A stretch of 62,894 nt of DNA, filler included, from Octopus bimaculoides (GCF_001194135.2; 4 parts of 4 records of this genome joined end to end with filler, not necessarily neighbours in it); one strand, 5' to 3'; positions 10,209-24,088 are shown, counted from the whole stretch's first letter. A program made the numbers and translations. Notes: a model not told the origin generated them from the sequence alone.

Positions 10209-13062
10209 TAGAAAGAAAACTAATAGGTAAACATTTTATCGCAGATTGGTCGATTAAGCCATGCAACTTCTCTTGCAATTACTACAGTATTATTAAGATT
10301 TTAATCAATGTGGGCAGGATCGTTACATCGTCTTCCAAAGTACTTTGCGGTATTTGGTCCCATCATACAGTTCTGATCTCAAAGCGCATCGTAGTCAACT
10401 GAACCTTTAATTCTGCTGGAATCGATAAATAAACTTCAGTTAAGATCTGCTACCGAATTAATTAAATAGCGAATTAAATATATATNNNNNNNNNNNNNNN
10501 NNNNNNNNNNNNNNNNNNNNNNNNNNNNNNNNNNNNNNNNNNNNNNNNNNNNNNNNNNNNNNNNNNNNNNNNNNNNNNNNNNNNNNNNNNNNNNNNNNNN
10601 NNNNNNNNNNNNNNNNNNNNNNNNNNNNNNNNNNNNNNNNNNNNNNNNNNNNNNNNNNNNNNNNNNNNNNNNNNNNNNNNNNNNNNNNNNNNNNNNNNNN
10701 NNNNNNNNNNNNNNNNNNNNNNNNNNNNNNNNNNNNNNNNNNNNNNNNNNNNNNNNNNNNNNNNNNNNNNNNNNNNTATATATAACGATAGATATAGAGT
10801 TGAATGTGAAAAATGCTGTAGACACGAAACATCAAGTTTTTCTTCTTTTTTAAATTCTGGAGAGGAGGCAAAATTTTGATTACAGGAGAAAGAAAAAGGT
10901 CTCTCTTTCTAAAAGCATATGTATTATTGCAAGCCAAGAAAATCGTGTTTTAGTGAGTATGTAATCAAAGACGCCATTAAAAAGCTTTATTTTGGGGTAT
11001 TAATGGTGTATAGGTGACAACGTTAATCTCATTTTAAAAGCACATGTATTACGACAAAAATCTTTTTGTAGCTTAGAACTGTTCAATTATATAAATATTA
11101 TGAAACCTATATATATCAATTATAACAGATAATAACGCATAAGCCCCAGCGGAAATTATGGACATCATATATATTGCACATAATGCAGTTCCTGTTCTAT
11201 AGTATACAATATATGGAGTTCGGTATTTCAAGAAAACTATGACATTTTATACGTTCTGCCTTTAATAAATACGCACACACAAACTTACATACACACATAC
11301 ATCCACTCACAAGCACATATATGAATAATTGTATGGTGTATGTATGTATTGATGCAGGCATGCTTGTATGTATGCAAACAAGTTGTAGTTTGTTTCGATG
11401 TTAAATCGGCTCCCCATTCAGGGAATTCGTTGATTTGCAGCCAAAAGAAAAAATTGAATATCGAAAGCAAAAACGAAAAGCAAGACTAAAACACACCTGG
11501 CTAGAGGATATCCTGTTCAGGAAATTCTCATAATTATATATAGGATTGGCATCTGCTTTTATTAAGCTACTAAGGGATTCATCGCAAAATTTAGTAATAT
11601 AGGCGATATCGTGAAAATGCAGATGCTTATTACGGGAAAGGATATGGTTCAGCCTTAAAGATAAATCAATCAATAGCCTTACACGCACCTAACAAAATTC
11701 ACTAAACCCTGTGTAACCAAAATACTACTGGCTACTATCTAGCAGGTCATATGACACTGAATGGTATATATCAACGGTAGAGGCAGTGAAAATTAAGACA
11801 CGTGCGAAACGTCTGACCTTATGCATTAGACTGAAAATATAACGTGGTGCTGTGATTTGCTTGTCTGGGTTATCGGATGGTTTGATATACCAGAATTACC
11901 ATCAGTAAGCATAAACAGACAGCAAATGATATAATATAATACTATTTTTGTGGCAGGTCACAAGACAAGGCATTGTGGTGTTCTTATAACAATTAAAAGC
12001 ACATATTAGTGACTAGAAGTCACCAGTCAAACACTCAGCAGGAAAATAATGTTGATGAGATCGAATGCTTCATCTACTGGAAGACGAAAAGTACGCCAAA
12101 ACGCATATTCTATAAATAGGTTATCTGAATAAGGCGTCCAGCGAGAGGGATTAGTGCGATAATGATTGGGAGTAAATGGAAGGAAGAAGTGCAACGTTAG
12201 CGAGAAGGCTATGGAGATAGTGAGAGAAACAGAAATTATATATATATATATATATATGATTTCAGTCTTCCGAGTGATATTCAGTAATGAACCAGAAAAG
12301 GTAATACATGACATTATGATCTAAGTACTAATAGCGTTTGCCAAGTACGACCCTCCACACATACAATCACATATTTACACGTACGCACACAGGCACACTA
12401 ACAGTCACACACAAGCACGCGCGCGCGCACATCTTTCATATAATTGCCCCTAATTATAAGAACAATCTTGTACTTAAAGTATTCAAAGTCAGTACCAACA
12501 CAGAAAATACGAACCAAAAAAATTGCCTCCTTACAACTTTTCCTTTATTCTTCAGTTTAATATTTCCATTCTTTTCTTTACAATTATTTTTTTATTCCTC
12601 GACATAAACATGCCTACAAAAACCACCACGACTATTGAAAACGAACTTTTCACAAGTGAGTTACAGCTGTAAGCTCTTCAAGACAATACAAACCAATCTA
12701 ATCAGCTTGCATCGCACTCTCTCCGGTTTCTGTGAGTGAAAAGGTGATAACCACTCCGAAATGCTGGTTCTAACAAACTGGGTAGGTAGCGCTGCGAGCT
12801 GATTATCGTGTATTTGTACAATTTGTCTACAACAGGAAATTCTCTCCATGACAAAACACAGTTGCTTTCTTACGGGTTCAAACAGGCCTGAAGCATATTT
12901 GAACTGGTAATAACCTGTACAAAACTATTAGTCATATGTTTCTAACATATTACCTTGTTAAGCATATGACGTATTTCTTCGTCTTTGGTTCAATATGAAC
13001 ACGATAGATTTATTCGTCTTATACCTCCCAGCGGTTTTATAATGAGACCCTACTAGTCGATT

Positions 13063-13377
13063 GAAGGCGCATGGCTCAGTGGCTAGATTGTTGAGCTCAC
13101 AAACATAAGGTAGTGAGTTCGATTCCAAGACCAGGCTATGTATTGTGCTCTGGAGTAAGATACATCAGTTCAATCAGCTGTAGGGAATGAGTTGCGACAT
13201 CACTGATGCCAAGCTGTATCGGCAATTGCCTTTCCCTTGGACAACACTGGCGGCGTAGAGAGAGGAGGCTGGTATGCATGGGTGACTGCTAGTCTTCCAT
13301 TAACAACCTTGCCCGGACATGTGCCTCGGAGGGGAACTTTATTGATGCAATCCCACGAAGGAGGGTCTTTACACTTT
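13063..13377 (+). mobile_element. tRNA-derived SINE (family C) with 12-bp target-site duplication
   Basis: TSD tactagtcgatt at 13051-13062 and 13378-13389. A-box TGGCTCAGTGG, B-box GAGTTCGATTCC. Confidence 0.88.
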
Positions 13378-14080
13378 TACTAGTCGATTACTATTTACCA
13401 CAAATTACATGGATACTTATCTCTCACATACCCGCAGAAAGATGGGTAGTCACAGTAAATTTATAGATGTTCAAGGTTTATCGTAAGGGAAATATTGAAC
13501 TGATTTCTCTAGTTCAGTACATGCGAGAGGCCCTCTTCCGCTTTATAAATTTCACATAGAACATCATCTTAGGCTCCTAACCAGTTCATAATTAGATGCT
13601 GAAAGTTTTCAGAAAATAAATGCTCTATTAGATAAATCAAGTAGCACCGTGTGACTTGTGAAATTCATGCGTATCTAGTTACAACACACACACACACACA
13701 TATGTATCTATATGTACATATTATATAATGTCATAAAAAAAAACTAATTTATTTCATATGTATTAGATTTCATGCATTTAAATTCTCATTTGATACGAAT
13801 TTACGTCTCCATATATTTATAAGCCAATAAGAATGGTTGTCACGTAAGCCATTAGGTCGTTGTGTCAGCACTGCATCTATTTTCACTATTGGCTGCGAGC
13901 CCAAACTATTTCTCTCCCTCTCTCTTTCTCGCTGCCCCTATCTCACAATATATATCTATTTATCTATCTATCTCTTTCATACATACACGTACTTACACAG
14001 GTGTAGACACGCACACTTTGCTATGTATGAGTGTATGTGCGTGTGTATGTACATTCATTCATACACTTATACCTGCGTCA

Positions 14081-14188
<108 letters not shown>

Positions 14189-14859
14189 GTGTGTCTTAGT
14201 ATATGCATATAACGGGATAAATTTATAGAGGAGAGTGAAATAGAAAGACAGTTCATCATCCTATTCACTATCACCAGCACCTTCATCATCAACATCATCA
14301 TTATTATCATTGTTATCATCAACACGTTGGTCATGTGGTAGAATCGGACAAAATAATGTCCAGTATTCGTTCTGGATTTATATTATGAGTTCAAATTTGA
14401 CTGTGTTCTACCTTACAATTTATCCTTCGACAGTAGATAAAATATAATAGCATTTAACTATTTGGCCTGATAATCGAATATTCGTTTCCTGCAAATTTCA
14501 AGATTTGTAACTTTTAAGCAATGAATGTTATTATTCTACCGCCCGAAAGGCAGTGACCTAGCTGAGTCGTTAGCACGCTCAATAGAGTTTTTAGAAGCAA
14601 TTCACCCGTCTTTAAGTTCAAATAACCATTCTAAGTTCAAATTCCCCCGAGGTTGGCTATGCATCTTAATCTTTCGGGGTGATATATGTATATCTCTTCT
14701 ATTTTATAATTATTATAAATCTTCCATTGAGGAAGGAGCCGGTTTCCAACAAAGATACAAGGCTACATCTTTGGAATGTAGTTAACACAGACAAATTCAC
14801 TTTAGGAACTTGAGACTATTCTTGCATATTTTTAGTTTCACTCACAGATTGGACTTGCA

Positions 14860-15280
14860 ATGTACGAATCAGCCGATCAATTTCTCTTTCTGAAAATCCC
14901 AGTTTATCCAGATTCTCATTATCCAGATTCTCATTATCCAGATTCTCCATTTACTAACAAAATATAGTGCTCCAATTATTATTGGTATGAATATGAATTC
15001 ATTGTCTAGATATAAAAGATGGAGGTTTCGAAGCAGTTGTGCACGGATATCCTCTTTTTCTTTGATTTTCAAAGAGATATTTATATCTACAGGACAGCTA
15101 ACCTCTATGATGGTACGTACTTCTATTCCAAACAACAATATCAGGCCTGTTATGCTTACATTTGACAGAAGTTTTGATTGGAATATTCCACTAGTATTCC
15201 TTGAGTTGGTGTCTATGAATGTATTCCATAACAGAGGGATTTACTAAGTTTATTTCAGGACAGTCTCTTTTTTGTGGATG
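14860..15280 (-). pseudogene. R4/Dong-like LINE restriction-like endonuclease (RLE) domain fragment
   Basis: IIEVSCPVDINISLKIKEKEDI...FIPIIIGAL matches the RLE C-terminus. Contains a 15-bp triplication atccagattctcatt at about 14908-14950. Confidence 0.8.
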
Positions 15281-16529
15281 GCATTGTAAATTGATTTGGC
15301 AACAACATCGTGCCGCATAGGGAGATAGTATGTGTGTATGCATGTATGTATGTATGTATGTATGTATGCATGTATGTATGTCGATAAACATCACGTCTGT
15401 AAGTGTACATTTGATTTAGTTCGTCAGATTATTTTCTGAAATATGAACGTTTTCATATATTCCTTGATTTATGTGCTTCATCATATAATTGCTTTAGATA
15501 TGCATGTTTCCATAGTTCAGTGCGCCCATGTTGCTGGTAATTTGTGCAAAGAAATATTTCCTTTTTATTTGCGAATAATTTTTGCTGTTTGCCAGACACC
15601 TGGAATATCAGCAAGTATCCACCATTCATTGTCAGTCGGACAATTCACTGAGTAGGATTTCCATTGTAGTAATATAGAGAGAACTAGATGTTCGGAGAAC
15701 AGGTTAATAGCCACCGTGGAAGATCTAGCTGATCTGTTTCGTTGGTCTTTCGAACTGGGACTACTATGTATAACTTCTAGAAATTTCTTGCCCGGCAGTG
15801 TAACTTAGGAGCACTACCGCTCCGAGATAAACTCTATAGAGACAGGAGTGCAGTAACGCTTGGGAGGCCTGTCCGAGAAGCACGCAAAACGATAAAGCCT
15901 TGCTGCTTGCAGTCGTGAATTGCTCGAACTTAGTAGATTTGTGGATTTATGCCACATAATTGTTGTCAGTTATGAGGTGAATCCGACTATGAGCTGAATT
16001 CATCAGAAAAACCACCACACGACTTACCTTTAATTTTATAGTGGCTATGATGAAAGAATTTGATGTCGCTGAAGCGATTGAGAACAATTCATTCTTCTTA
16101 GGTCAAGCTCTCATCTACTCGTTCGTGTTCATCATGGAAATGGAAGCGAGGGTTGAAAGAGAGTTACTCTCTCCCAATGAATTGTCCAGACGTAAGTTAC
16201 TGAGGCAAAACTGGTCAGAATGAATGAAGCAGTTCTTAGCATGTGCCTTTTGATTGGAAAACAACAATTAGGAGTGGGTTTGTGCCCTTTGTATCTGGTA
16301 GGCTCTAATTGGAGGTTCTCTTGTAACAGGGCTACGTGCTCCATGAGTTTCCATATTTAGAGTGTATGTATACCGTTATCTCATTTACCGTGATCTTCTG
16401 CTGAAAACTTCGAGAGATCAGTGGCTTAGTAGGGTTATGCAGGGTGTTTACTTGTTCGAAATAAATTGTAAAGGAACAAATGTAACACGTGGAAGTACGT
16501 TCGAAATGCGCGCAAAACAACTGTACTAG

Positions 16530-18330
16530 ATCCAGTCATGCAATGTCTGACCATTGTTGCTTTGTGAGTTTATCTTGTTCCTTTGCGTCCACATTTGCAA
16601 GTTCTTTTTATTTTCTGGTAAGATGCTATTCTGAACCATGAACTCATCCATTGCATCTCCCAGTTATGCAGTTAACATCTCACAAATGATAGGCAGACAG
16701 GATACTGGTTTGATGTTGTTAGCAATATTATTCCACCATATTTCTTTATGATAAAATATTGTTCTGCTTTTTGTCATCTAATATGGGATTTTTCTGTGTA
16801 CTTCAAGTAACGTGCATAATAATTCACGTTGCTTCCATGACATTCTATAAATTTCTTCACCAATATCTCTGAACTCCATCTTGGTATGCTTCTTTCCTGT
16901 TGCTCATTTTGCAGCTAACACATTGAACGTTCTCCTTCCTTATCTTAATATCTCCTTCTGTATATTGTTATCGTGCTGATTACCTAACCACTCCGTGTTA
17001 ATGACGTATGTTTCCTCATATCTTTTTCCAAAATCTTTCGTTTTCCTTTGCAATGTTGGTGAACGTATCTTTCGCTTTGGTTTCCTGATAAAATCTTCTT
17101 TGTTCTATACTGAAAATTTTCTTTTGTCCGTACAGTTTGAAACTCTGATTATGTAGAGTGACTTTTATTATCTTGGCTAGCATACGCTGTTTTAGTTCCT
17201 CGATTACTACTTTTAACGCATTAAGATCAATATCATAGTTCTGTTTCAGCATGTTGTACTTGCGATGATTCAGCAATTCGACTTTCCTTCTGTCTAGAAC
17301 TGACAAATCACTCTTAATGCATTTTGTGTCACCAAGTATCAGCCTCTTCCAGCAAAGTCCATTGTACATCCTTCTATTCTGTCTACTCCCATTACTTAGA
17401 CTTCTTACTTCAAATTCCATATTTTTCTGTCATCTTAAGTCTTTTAGTCTATCAGTATCACTGATATTATTGCTGTGTATATAAAATTCAGTTTACTTTT
17501 CATGTTTGCCTATGCAGTTCCCATTTGCCCACTTTCATTACTCCAAATTCCACCGATTATATAAACTCTACCACACGATCTACAAGCTTTTACTCTTCTC
17601 AGATGGTTCGGTCCGGTATCGTTGATTTTTTGCGCAAATTGATCTGCATTACTTCCGTATTGGAAGAGATGTATTGGTCTCGGCCAGGTCTTCTTTATTG
17701 CGACTGTTATGGTCTACTGTCTTGTTTTCGTCTTTGGATATTATTCTCTAAATCATTTTTAGTAATATATCTGGCCCAGTCGCTTATCCACTGTTTTCTT
17801 CTTTCAAATGTTCCTTATTGTTATCAATCACTGTACAGTCTGTTTTTATATCCTCTTATTGGCACTCATTTTCACATACGGGTTGGCTTGCATAGTATCG
17901 AAACAACGTCCGCATTGATTTCTTTGCTTCATCTTTTCCCCACTACTAACATTTTTTGGTTGATATTCGAACCCATCAAGCCATTCAGTGGAACATCTGC
18001 CGGGGTCAGTGCCTTTCTCACGGGATTCTAGTCCCATTTACACCGTTATGTAATATATTTCTTTTAGACATTTTATTCATAGAGGCTGTTTAGTGATTTT
18101 TGTTGCAGTGACACCGTCACTAGATGTATTACCACTAATGCTAATATGGATTCCATCCATCCACTTTTTGCGGTAGTTAAGCTGCGCCACATCTCACACT
18201 GGTGTTTCTGGTACTTCACTTAGTTTATTTTCAAAGATGTCCTTGTAGATTGCTTGCCGACCACTGCTCTGAAGCAGAATCTGCCTGAATATGTTTTTCG
18301 AGGTTTACTACTCTAGAACGTCCGTGTTAA
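16530..18330 (-). pseudogene. R4/Dong-like LINE, N-terminal region and start of RT (decayed)
   Basis: VVIEELKQRMLAK...KIFSIEQRRFYQE...ENERFWKKI, typical of the R4-clade pre-RT region. Multiple frameshifts. Confidence 0.8.
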
Positions 18331-18907
18331 CATTTTAGATAAATCTCAAAACGAAAAGTTGATTCTCTTCCTCTTTCTAGAAGACACGATCCAGCCCAAT
18401 ACTGCCAAGTGCTACTTTTAAAGTACTTGCTAAAAAGTTCAAACTTACGTAAAGGCTGCTCTCAGTGTATATTTCAGAGTTGACGTCAAGATCTACTCTG
18501 AGGTTGTGGTCCTCTTAAGAATCGAGAAATATTGGGATTCTCGAGTTAGGTAAGCTTACGTCAGAGTTTTGCGCATGCTCGCAGTTTCTCTTTCTCAGTT
18601 GCTTTTTAGTAGCACTCATAGAATCAATTTTCAAGGTGACTGTCCTAAAGTTTTAGATAAAAAGTTTGGAGGAGAAGTTTGGGTGGTTCTTGCGTACGTA
18701 AGTTTCAGTTAACTTAGACTTCGTGGTAGGAGTTCATTGTATTTGTACTTCCGTCGTTGACAGGATGTTCACTTAGAGAAGAAGGATGAGGTAGGAGATA
18801 GAGGTATCTGATACAGGCTACGAGAAGCATATGATGTGTGGCAAATAAGGACCAAAGAGAGTTGGTGGGTGAAAGTGTTATTATGTAAGACGGAAGTATT
18901 ATTAGTC

Positions 18908-18908
<1 letters not shown>

Positions 18909-18972
<64 letters not shown>
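18909..18972. repeat. (ATT)n microsatellite
   Basis: Directly visible. Confidence 0.98.
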
Positions 18973-18975
<3 letters not shown>

Positions 18976-19210
18976 TAGTTTTATTTTTATAACGTGCTTT
19001 CACTTCACTACCGAGCGCAGCTCTGTGCGCCTTGGGTATGTGCTGTGGTTTGCTGTGGTGCTCTTATGTTTACTATATTGAAAGTGTTTTGCGTAGGATG
19101 TGTGCAGTACCCAGTAGTGCAATTTTCTGTATGTTATATATATGTGTAAGTCCTGCTATTTTTGTTATGTATTTGTCTGAATATTTTTTTTATTATACCT
19201 AAGGCACCTA
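18973..19210 (-). mobile_element. R4/Dong-like LINE 3' end with 3' UTR running into (AAT)n
   Basis: Minus strand: GALGII...IYNIQKIALLGTAHILRKTLSI*. Confidence 0.88.
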
Positions 19211-19310
19211 NNNNNNNNNNNNNNNNNNNNNNNNNNNNNNNNNNNNNNNNNNNNTTAATTAATTAANNNNNNNNNNNNNNNNNNNNNNNNNNNNNNNNNN
19301 NNNNNNNNNN
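19211..19310. other. Artificial assembly spacer 44N-TTAATTAATTAA-44N (also 45141-45240 and 50373-50472)
   Basis: Identical 100-bp construct three times; the 12-mer is a palindrome with stop codons in all six frames. Confidence 0.95.
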
Positions 19311-19368
19311 TATTATTATTATTATTATTATTATTATTATCATCATCATCATCATCATCATCATCAAC

Positions 19369-19437
<69 letters not shown>

Positions 19438-19455
19438 CGTAGTATTAGTAGTATA
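19311..19455. repeat. Compound (TAT)n(CAT)n(TAG)n microsatellite
   Basis: Directly visible. Confidence 0.97.
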
Positions 19456-19499
19456 TGAAAGACTATAATTATTATCCGTATGTTCTTTGGATTCACGAA

Positions 19500-20020
19500 A
19501 TTTCATGTCGTCGTCACTTGAATTAGGTTTCCCATCGAAACAGAACTTTGAGTTTTAGAATGTGAAGCGTTCTGAAACTTCTGTATAAAATGTGTTTTTA
19601 GCTCTTCATATATGTTCTTGCTTTTCTATCATTAATTGTTTATTTTCTGTACTGTACATTCTGCTTTATTAAGATCCGGTTGTTCATGTTTTCTTCTCAA
19701 ATTTGTCAAATGTAAGTGCTGTACCAGCACTTAGAAATTTCATAATTCAAGTCGGTATAATACTCGCCGTTTTCCTTTCTCTCTTCCTTTTATTATGGCG
19801 AAAAAGCATTCAGTATAATTCGCGTGCTATAATGCGTTGATTATATCATACAGTTTCTTTTTGTTAACGAATAAAACATGAAGCTTGATGTGTTCTATAT
19901 TTTTTCCGAGCTTTTACAGGAACTTCACTTCATCATTTTCGAGAGCTTGCATTGCTAGTCACACAATCGTTATAGATCTTTTTTGTACATACACAACTAA
20001 ATTTGTTGCAAAGGTTTCAA
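19500..20020 (-). pseudogene. Possible Ginger2/KRBA2-like integrase transposon remnant
   Basis: Degraded reading KKLYDIINAL...NASHSKTQSSVSMGNLIQ loosely resembles ELYDII..H...NSRxQVDLIDM. Weak, by eye only. Confidence 0.3.
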
Positions 20021-20030
20021 TGACCTATTG

Positions 20031-20312
20031 CAGAGACTCTCAAACTTGTTGGATCACTGCCCCCTTCATGGCCACATAATACCCTCAGCGCCCCACCCCT
20101 ATTTTTATATATAAATAAACATTTTATATTTTCCTAATTCATACACACTATGAGTCGTTTAATATTTAATATAATTTGTATATAATACTAATAATTTCAT
20201 AGCGTCCCCTTTCTTGTCTACTGCCCCACCCCACCGCCTCCTTAGGCACCAGCACTCACCTGGACCGTCTCAAGGCCTACTGGGGGGGTAGCGCCCATTT
20301 TGAGAACCTGGA
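20031..20312. mobile_element. hAT-type MITE
   Basis: Ends cagagactctcaaac / tttgagaacctg; imperfect 8-bp TSD acctattg / gtctattg. Confidence 0.65.
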
Positions 20313-21155
20313 GTCTATTGCAACAATCGACATTTTTTAACATTTAAACTGAGTAAAATTCAGACAATCAGAATAGTTTCATCTGGAAAATCACATGCTG
20401 TACGTTTGGGCAAACAGTTCCGATGATGTTTTACCTTTTTATTCAAATTTAAATTTTTCCTGTGCTTCTAGAATTCCTTCTGCTCTCTTCATTAAACCAA
20501 TCTTTTCTTAAATTCTAGCCAACTTTCCATACAGCTTTTGCGTTTTAGAATAGTGCTAAGTAATCGTTCTTCCAAATTTCGATATGCACTTTTCCAATTC
20601 TTCCTGTTCTCAATCATTTGAATGAGCATATTGTCTAAATGTTGTTATACATAGGGATAACCATTTTTTTGCAGATTAAACACACGTATTTAGTATTCAC
20701 TTCAGCTTTACTCTTATTATTTTAGTTTCTTTGTGAAAACTCTTTCGGCACACAGCCTGCGACACTTCAGCGACTCTCTATACAACGTACTTCCTCTCTT
20801 TCTGCTTATTCCAGTTTCTCTTTGTGTGGTATGTATACTTGTCTGCACATGCATTTCTGTGTATGTGGGGGGGGGGGCATTTGCTTATTACACTGTTTGT
20901 ACTTGTATCTTTTATTTATTTATCTACAAAACTATTATTTATTTATTTGAAATAATAATGCAAAATAAATACATAAACTTAAATTCGCTAAAACCACCCA
21001 GGACCACACTAGTAGCTTAGGAGTGAAATTTAGGATTTCTTAGTTTTCGTTTAATCAATTTTGACAAAACTTTTCCCAGCTGGTTTGCACACTATGGCAA
21101 CACCATTCTTACGTTTTCACTATTCTGTGTAACGTCCTTTCTTTCTTTACTTCAA

Positions 21156-21842
21156 AAGTCTTTAGGTGAACTACGCTAATAGCGTCTCTCATCTTCAAGA
21201 ACAATTGGATGTAGAAACGGCCTTAACGATGAAGGAAAGTGCTAAAGGTCATAATCAAGGAAAGTGCTAAAGGCGCCTCTCTTCATGCCATTGCGAAGAA
21301 ATTAGGTTACCATTTGGAAATAGACAATTCCTGAAGGATCCTTCGCCAAGGAAAAAAACGATCAAATTTTGGGACCTACAAGACTGTGACAGCTAGGGAT
21401 TTAAAGAATATTGGCTGCAAGCTACGTAGGAAATCTGGATAAACAAGTAAAGCCATTTTCGCCAAAAACCACAAGAAATCGAATCCTTGGTACCATGTCC
21501 TCCGAACTAGAACCCCTGAAATTGCCTCATTTAACATCCTGTAACAGGAGTTTGAGGCTTCAATGGGTCCAATAGTACATGACGTTAGACATGAGTTGTG
21601 TTCTGTTCACTGACGAAACGAAGGTGACCAGCTTGCAACACTTCAGCGACTCTCATCCACATCTGCTTATTCCAGTATCTCTTTGTGTGGAATGTATCAG
21701 GGTTTTATTTATTACTATAGTTTTCTGCGAAATATATACTAAATGTATGCTTAATATTTATCATTACCCTTCATTTTCTGAAGAAAATATCTAGATGGGA
21801 TATATTCATTCAAAGCTATTAGCGTAGTTCACCGAAAAACTG
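21156..21842 (+). mobile_element. Internally deleted Tc1-like transposon with TIRs
   Basis: TIRs ttaggtgaactacgctaatagc / gctattagcgtagttcaccgaaaaactg. Internal AIAKKLG... and LDMSCVLFTDETK (first catalytic D motif). Confidence 0.82.
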
Positions 21843-22999
21843 AATAATCTGAAATAATAAAGAAAGGACGCTACACAGAAAAATGAAAACATAATGGTGT
21901 TTCCATAGTGTGCAAAGCAGCTGGCAAAATTATTTTTTATCAAAATCAATTCACAGAAAACTGAGAAATCCGAAATTTCATCCCCAAGCATTTAGCACGG
22001 TTCTGGGTGCCCTCACAGACTGTTTAAAGTTTATTCATTGCTATTCTTCTACATTGAAATGTTGGTGTGTCCTTTTTTGTACTACTACTTTGTCACACGC
22101 TCAGCCCCTTCCTACCTTTATTCGTTCCCACAAAATGCATAACATGCTTCTGCGTGTTGTGTACATTCCTACCGATGTACTTTGTTTGCCATTCAACACG
22201 TCACGTTGCATACGTTATTAGTGACAGAGATTATATCAGTGAGGTAATATAATTATTATTGTTTATAATTCATTTCACTGTTCCTGTACTTGCGATATTT
22301 GGACCGGCTATCAGAAACACTTGGCTGTGCATAGACTTAGTTTGTCTCGCATTTCCATAAAACTAACTGCATACAAACAAATACATGCATGCATATATGC
22401 ATACAGATCGATATATATATATATATANNNNNNNNNNNNNNNNNNNNNNNNNNNNNNNNNNNNNNNNNNNNNNNNNNNNNNNNNNNNNNNNNNNNNNNNN
22501 NNNNNNNNNNNNNNNNNNNNNNNNNNNNNNNNNNNNNNNNNNNNNNNNNNNNNNNNNNNNNNNNNNNNNNNNNNNNNNNNNNNNNNNNNNNNNNNNNNNN
22601 NNNNNNNNNNNNNNNNNNNNNNNNNNNNNNNNNNNNNNNNNNNNNNNNNNNNNNNNNNNNNNNNNNNNNNNNNNNNNNNNNNNNNNNNNNNNNNNNNNNN
22701 NNNNNNNNNNNNNNNNNNNNNNNNNNNNNNNNNNNNNNNNNNNNNNNNNNNNNNNNNNNNNNNNNNNNNNNNNNNNNNNNNNNNNNNNNNNNNNNNNNNN
22801 NNNNNNNNNNNNNNNNNNNNNNNNNNNNNNNNNNNNNNNNNNNNNNNNNNNNNNNNNNNNNNNNNNNNNNNNNNNNNNNNNNNNNNNNNNNNNNNNNNNN
22901 NNNNNNNNNNNNNNNNNNNNNNNNNNNNNNNNNNNNNNNNNNNNNNNNNNNNTATATATATATATATATATATATGCATGTATGTATGTATGTATTGAA

Positions 23000-23440
23000 A
23001 CCCCCAACATGCAAAGTCCCTCAAAACCACAATTCCTACACCCACGGTCCAAAAGTGTGCTGCCCCAACTGCGGGACTTGCATCAACATTATTGAAGACA
23101 TAACATAGAAATTCAAATCAGGACATGTTTGTACCGTAAAAAAAATCATTTGGCATGTTCTTCAAAGAGTTTAACATACGCTACTAAATGTTAATGATGA
23201 AATGAAGATTACATAGTTAAAACAAATCTTATGCTAAAAAATAGTACGACCATTCACCGACAATAAATACGAGACCCCAGTACCAGACAGATTCCACTGT
23301 GTGGATACATAGCCATATGTGCAGAAAATAAGTCCCCACAAATCCAGGGCTTCCCACTCAACTTCCGTACAAATATATAAACCAAGACATAACAAATTTT
23401 ATCAAAATACATAGACAAATAACTATTCGAACGCAAAACT
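23000..23440 (+). pseudogene. Penelope-like (Neptune-type) Cys-rich linker + GIY-YIG endonuclease fragment
   Basis: KVCCPNCGTCINII...FKSGH... then TIHRQ*IRDPSTRQIPLCGYI. Cys-rich RT-EN linker typical of Neptune-type PLEs. Confidence 0.7.
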
Positions 23441-24086
23441 CATTCTGTCACTTAACATGTGGAGCCTACACAGCTAACAACCTAAACTTTAGCCCCTGGA
23501 CTTCATACAAACGACTCCTGTCCGCTATCCCACCAAACAGATTAAATTTGGACTGCTTTGATTGTAACTAAACATGTTCACTGAACCGTATCGGCCTTGT
23601 TTTTAGGCGCAAAATATATTGTCACGTGACACTAACGCACGGACATAGCGGGAATCATAAAAAAGGCTATAAACCTAATCATGTGTTCATTCTTTACAAA
23701 CACTTGAGAGGAAACATTCAGAGTATTGATGGTTTGGAAATGTTCACTCAACAGTATCAGCCTTAACTTACGGCACCAAACTTTGTCACTTCATACTAAC
23801 ACACGGAAGTCAAAGGGTACCTATAAAAATTTCTAAGACCGGTCATGTGACAATTCTCTAAAAATCTAATCCTATTCAAAACATATTCAAATCTGAGCCA
23901 TGAACTCCCTATAAAAATAGGGCAAGCTTCAAACACTAATCAGAAGCAAGACAGCTGCAACATAAGCCACGTCTTTCTATTTCAACTGTTTGAAAATCAG
24001 TGTAAACTGTGAAACCGGTTAAAACTTTAAATATATTAATAAAAAATATTTTAGCTATTCTCAGTTCATTATCAACTTCTGTTTTT

Positions 24087-24088
<2 letters not shown>

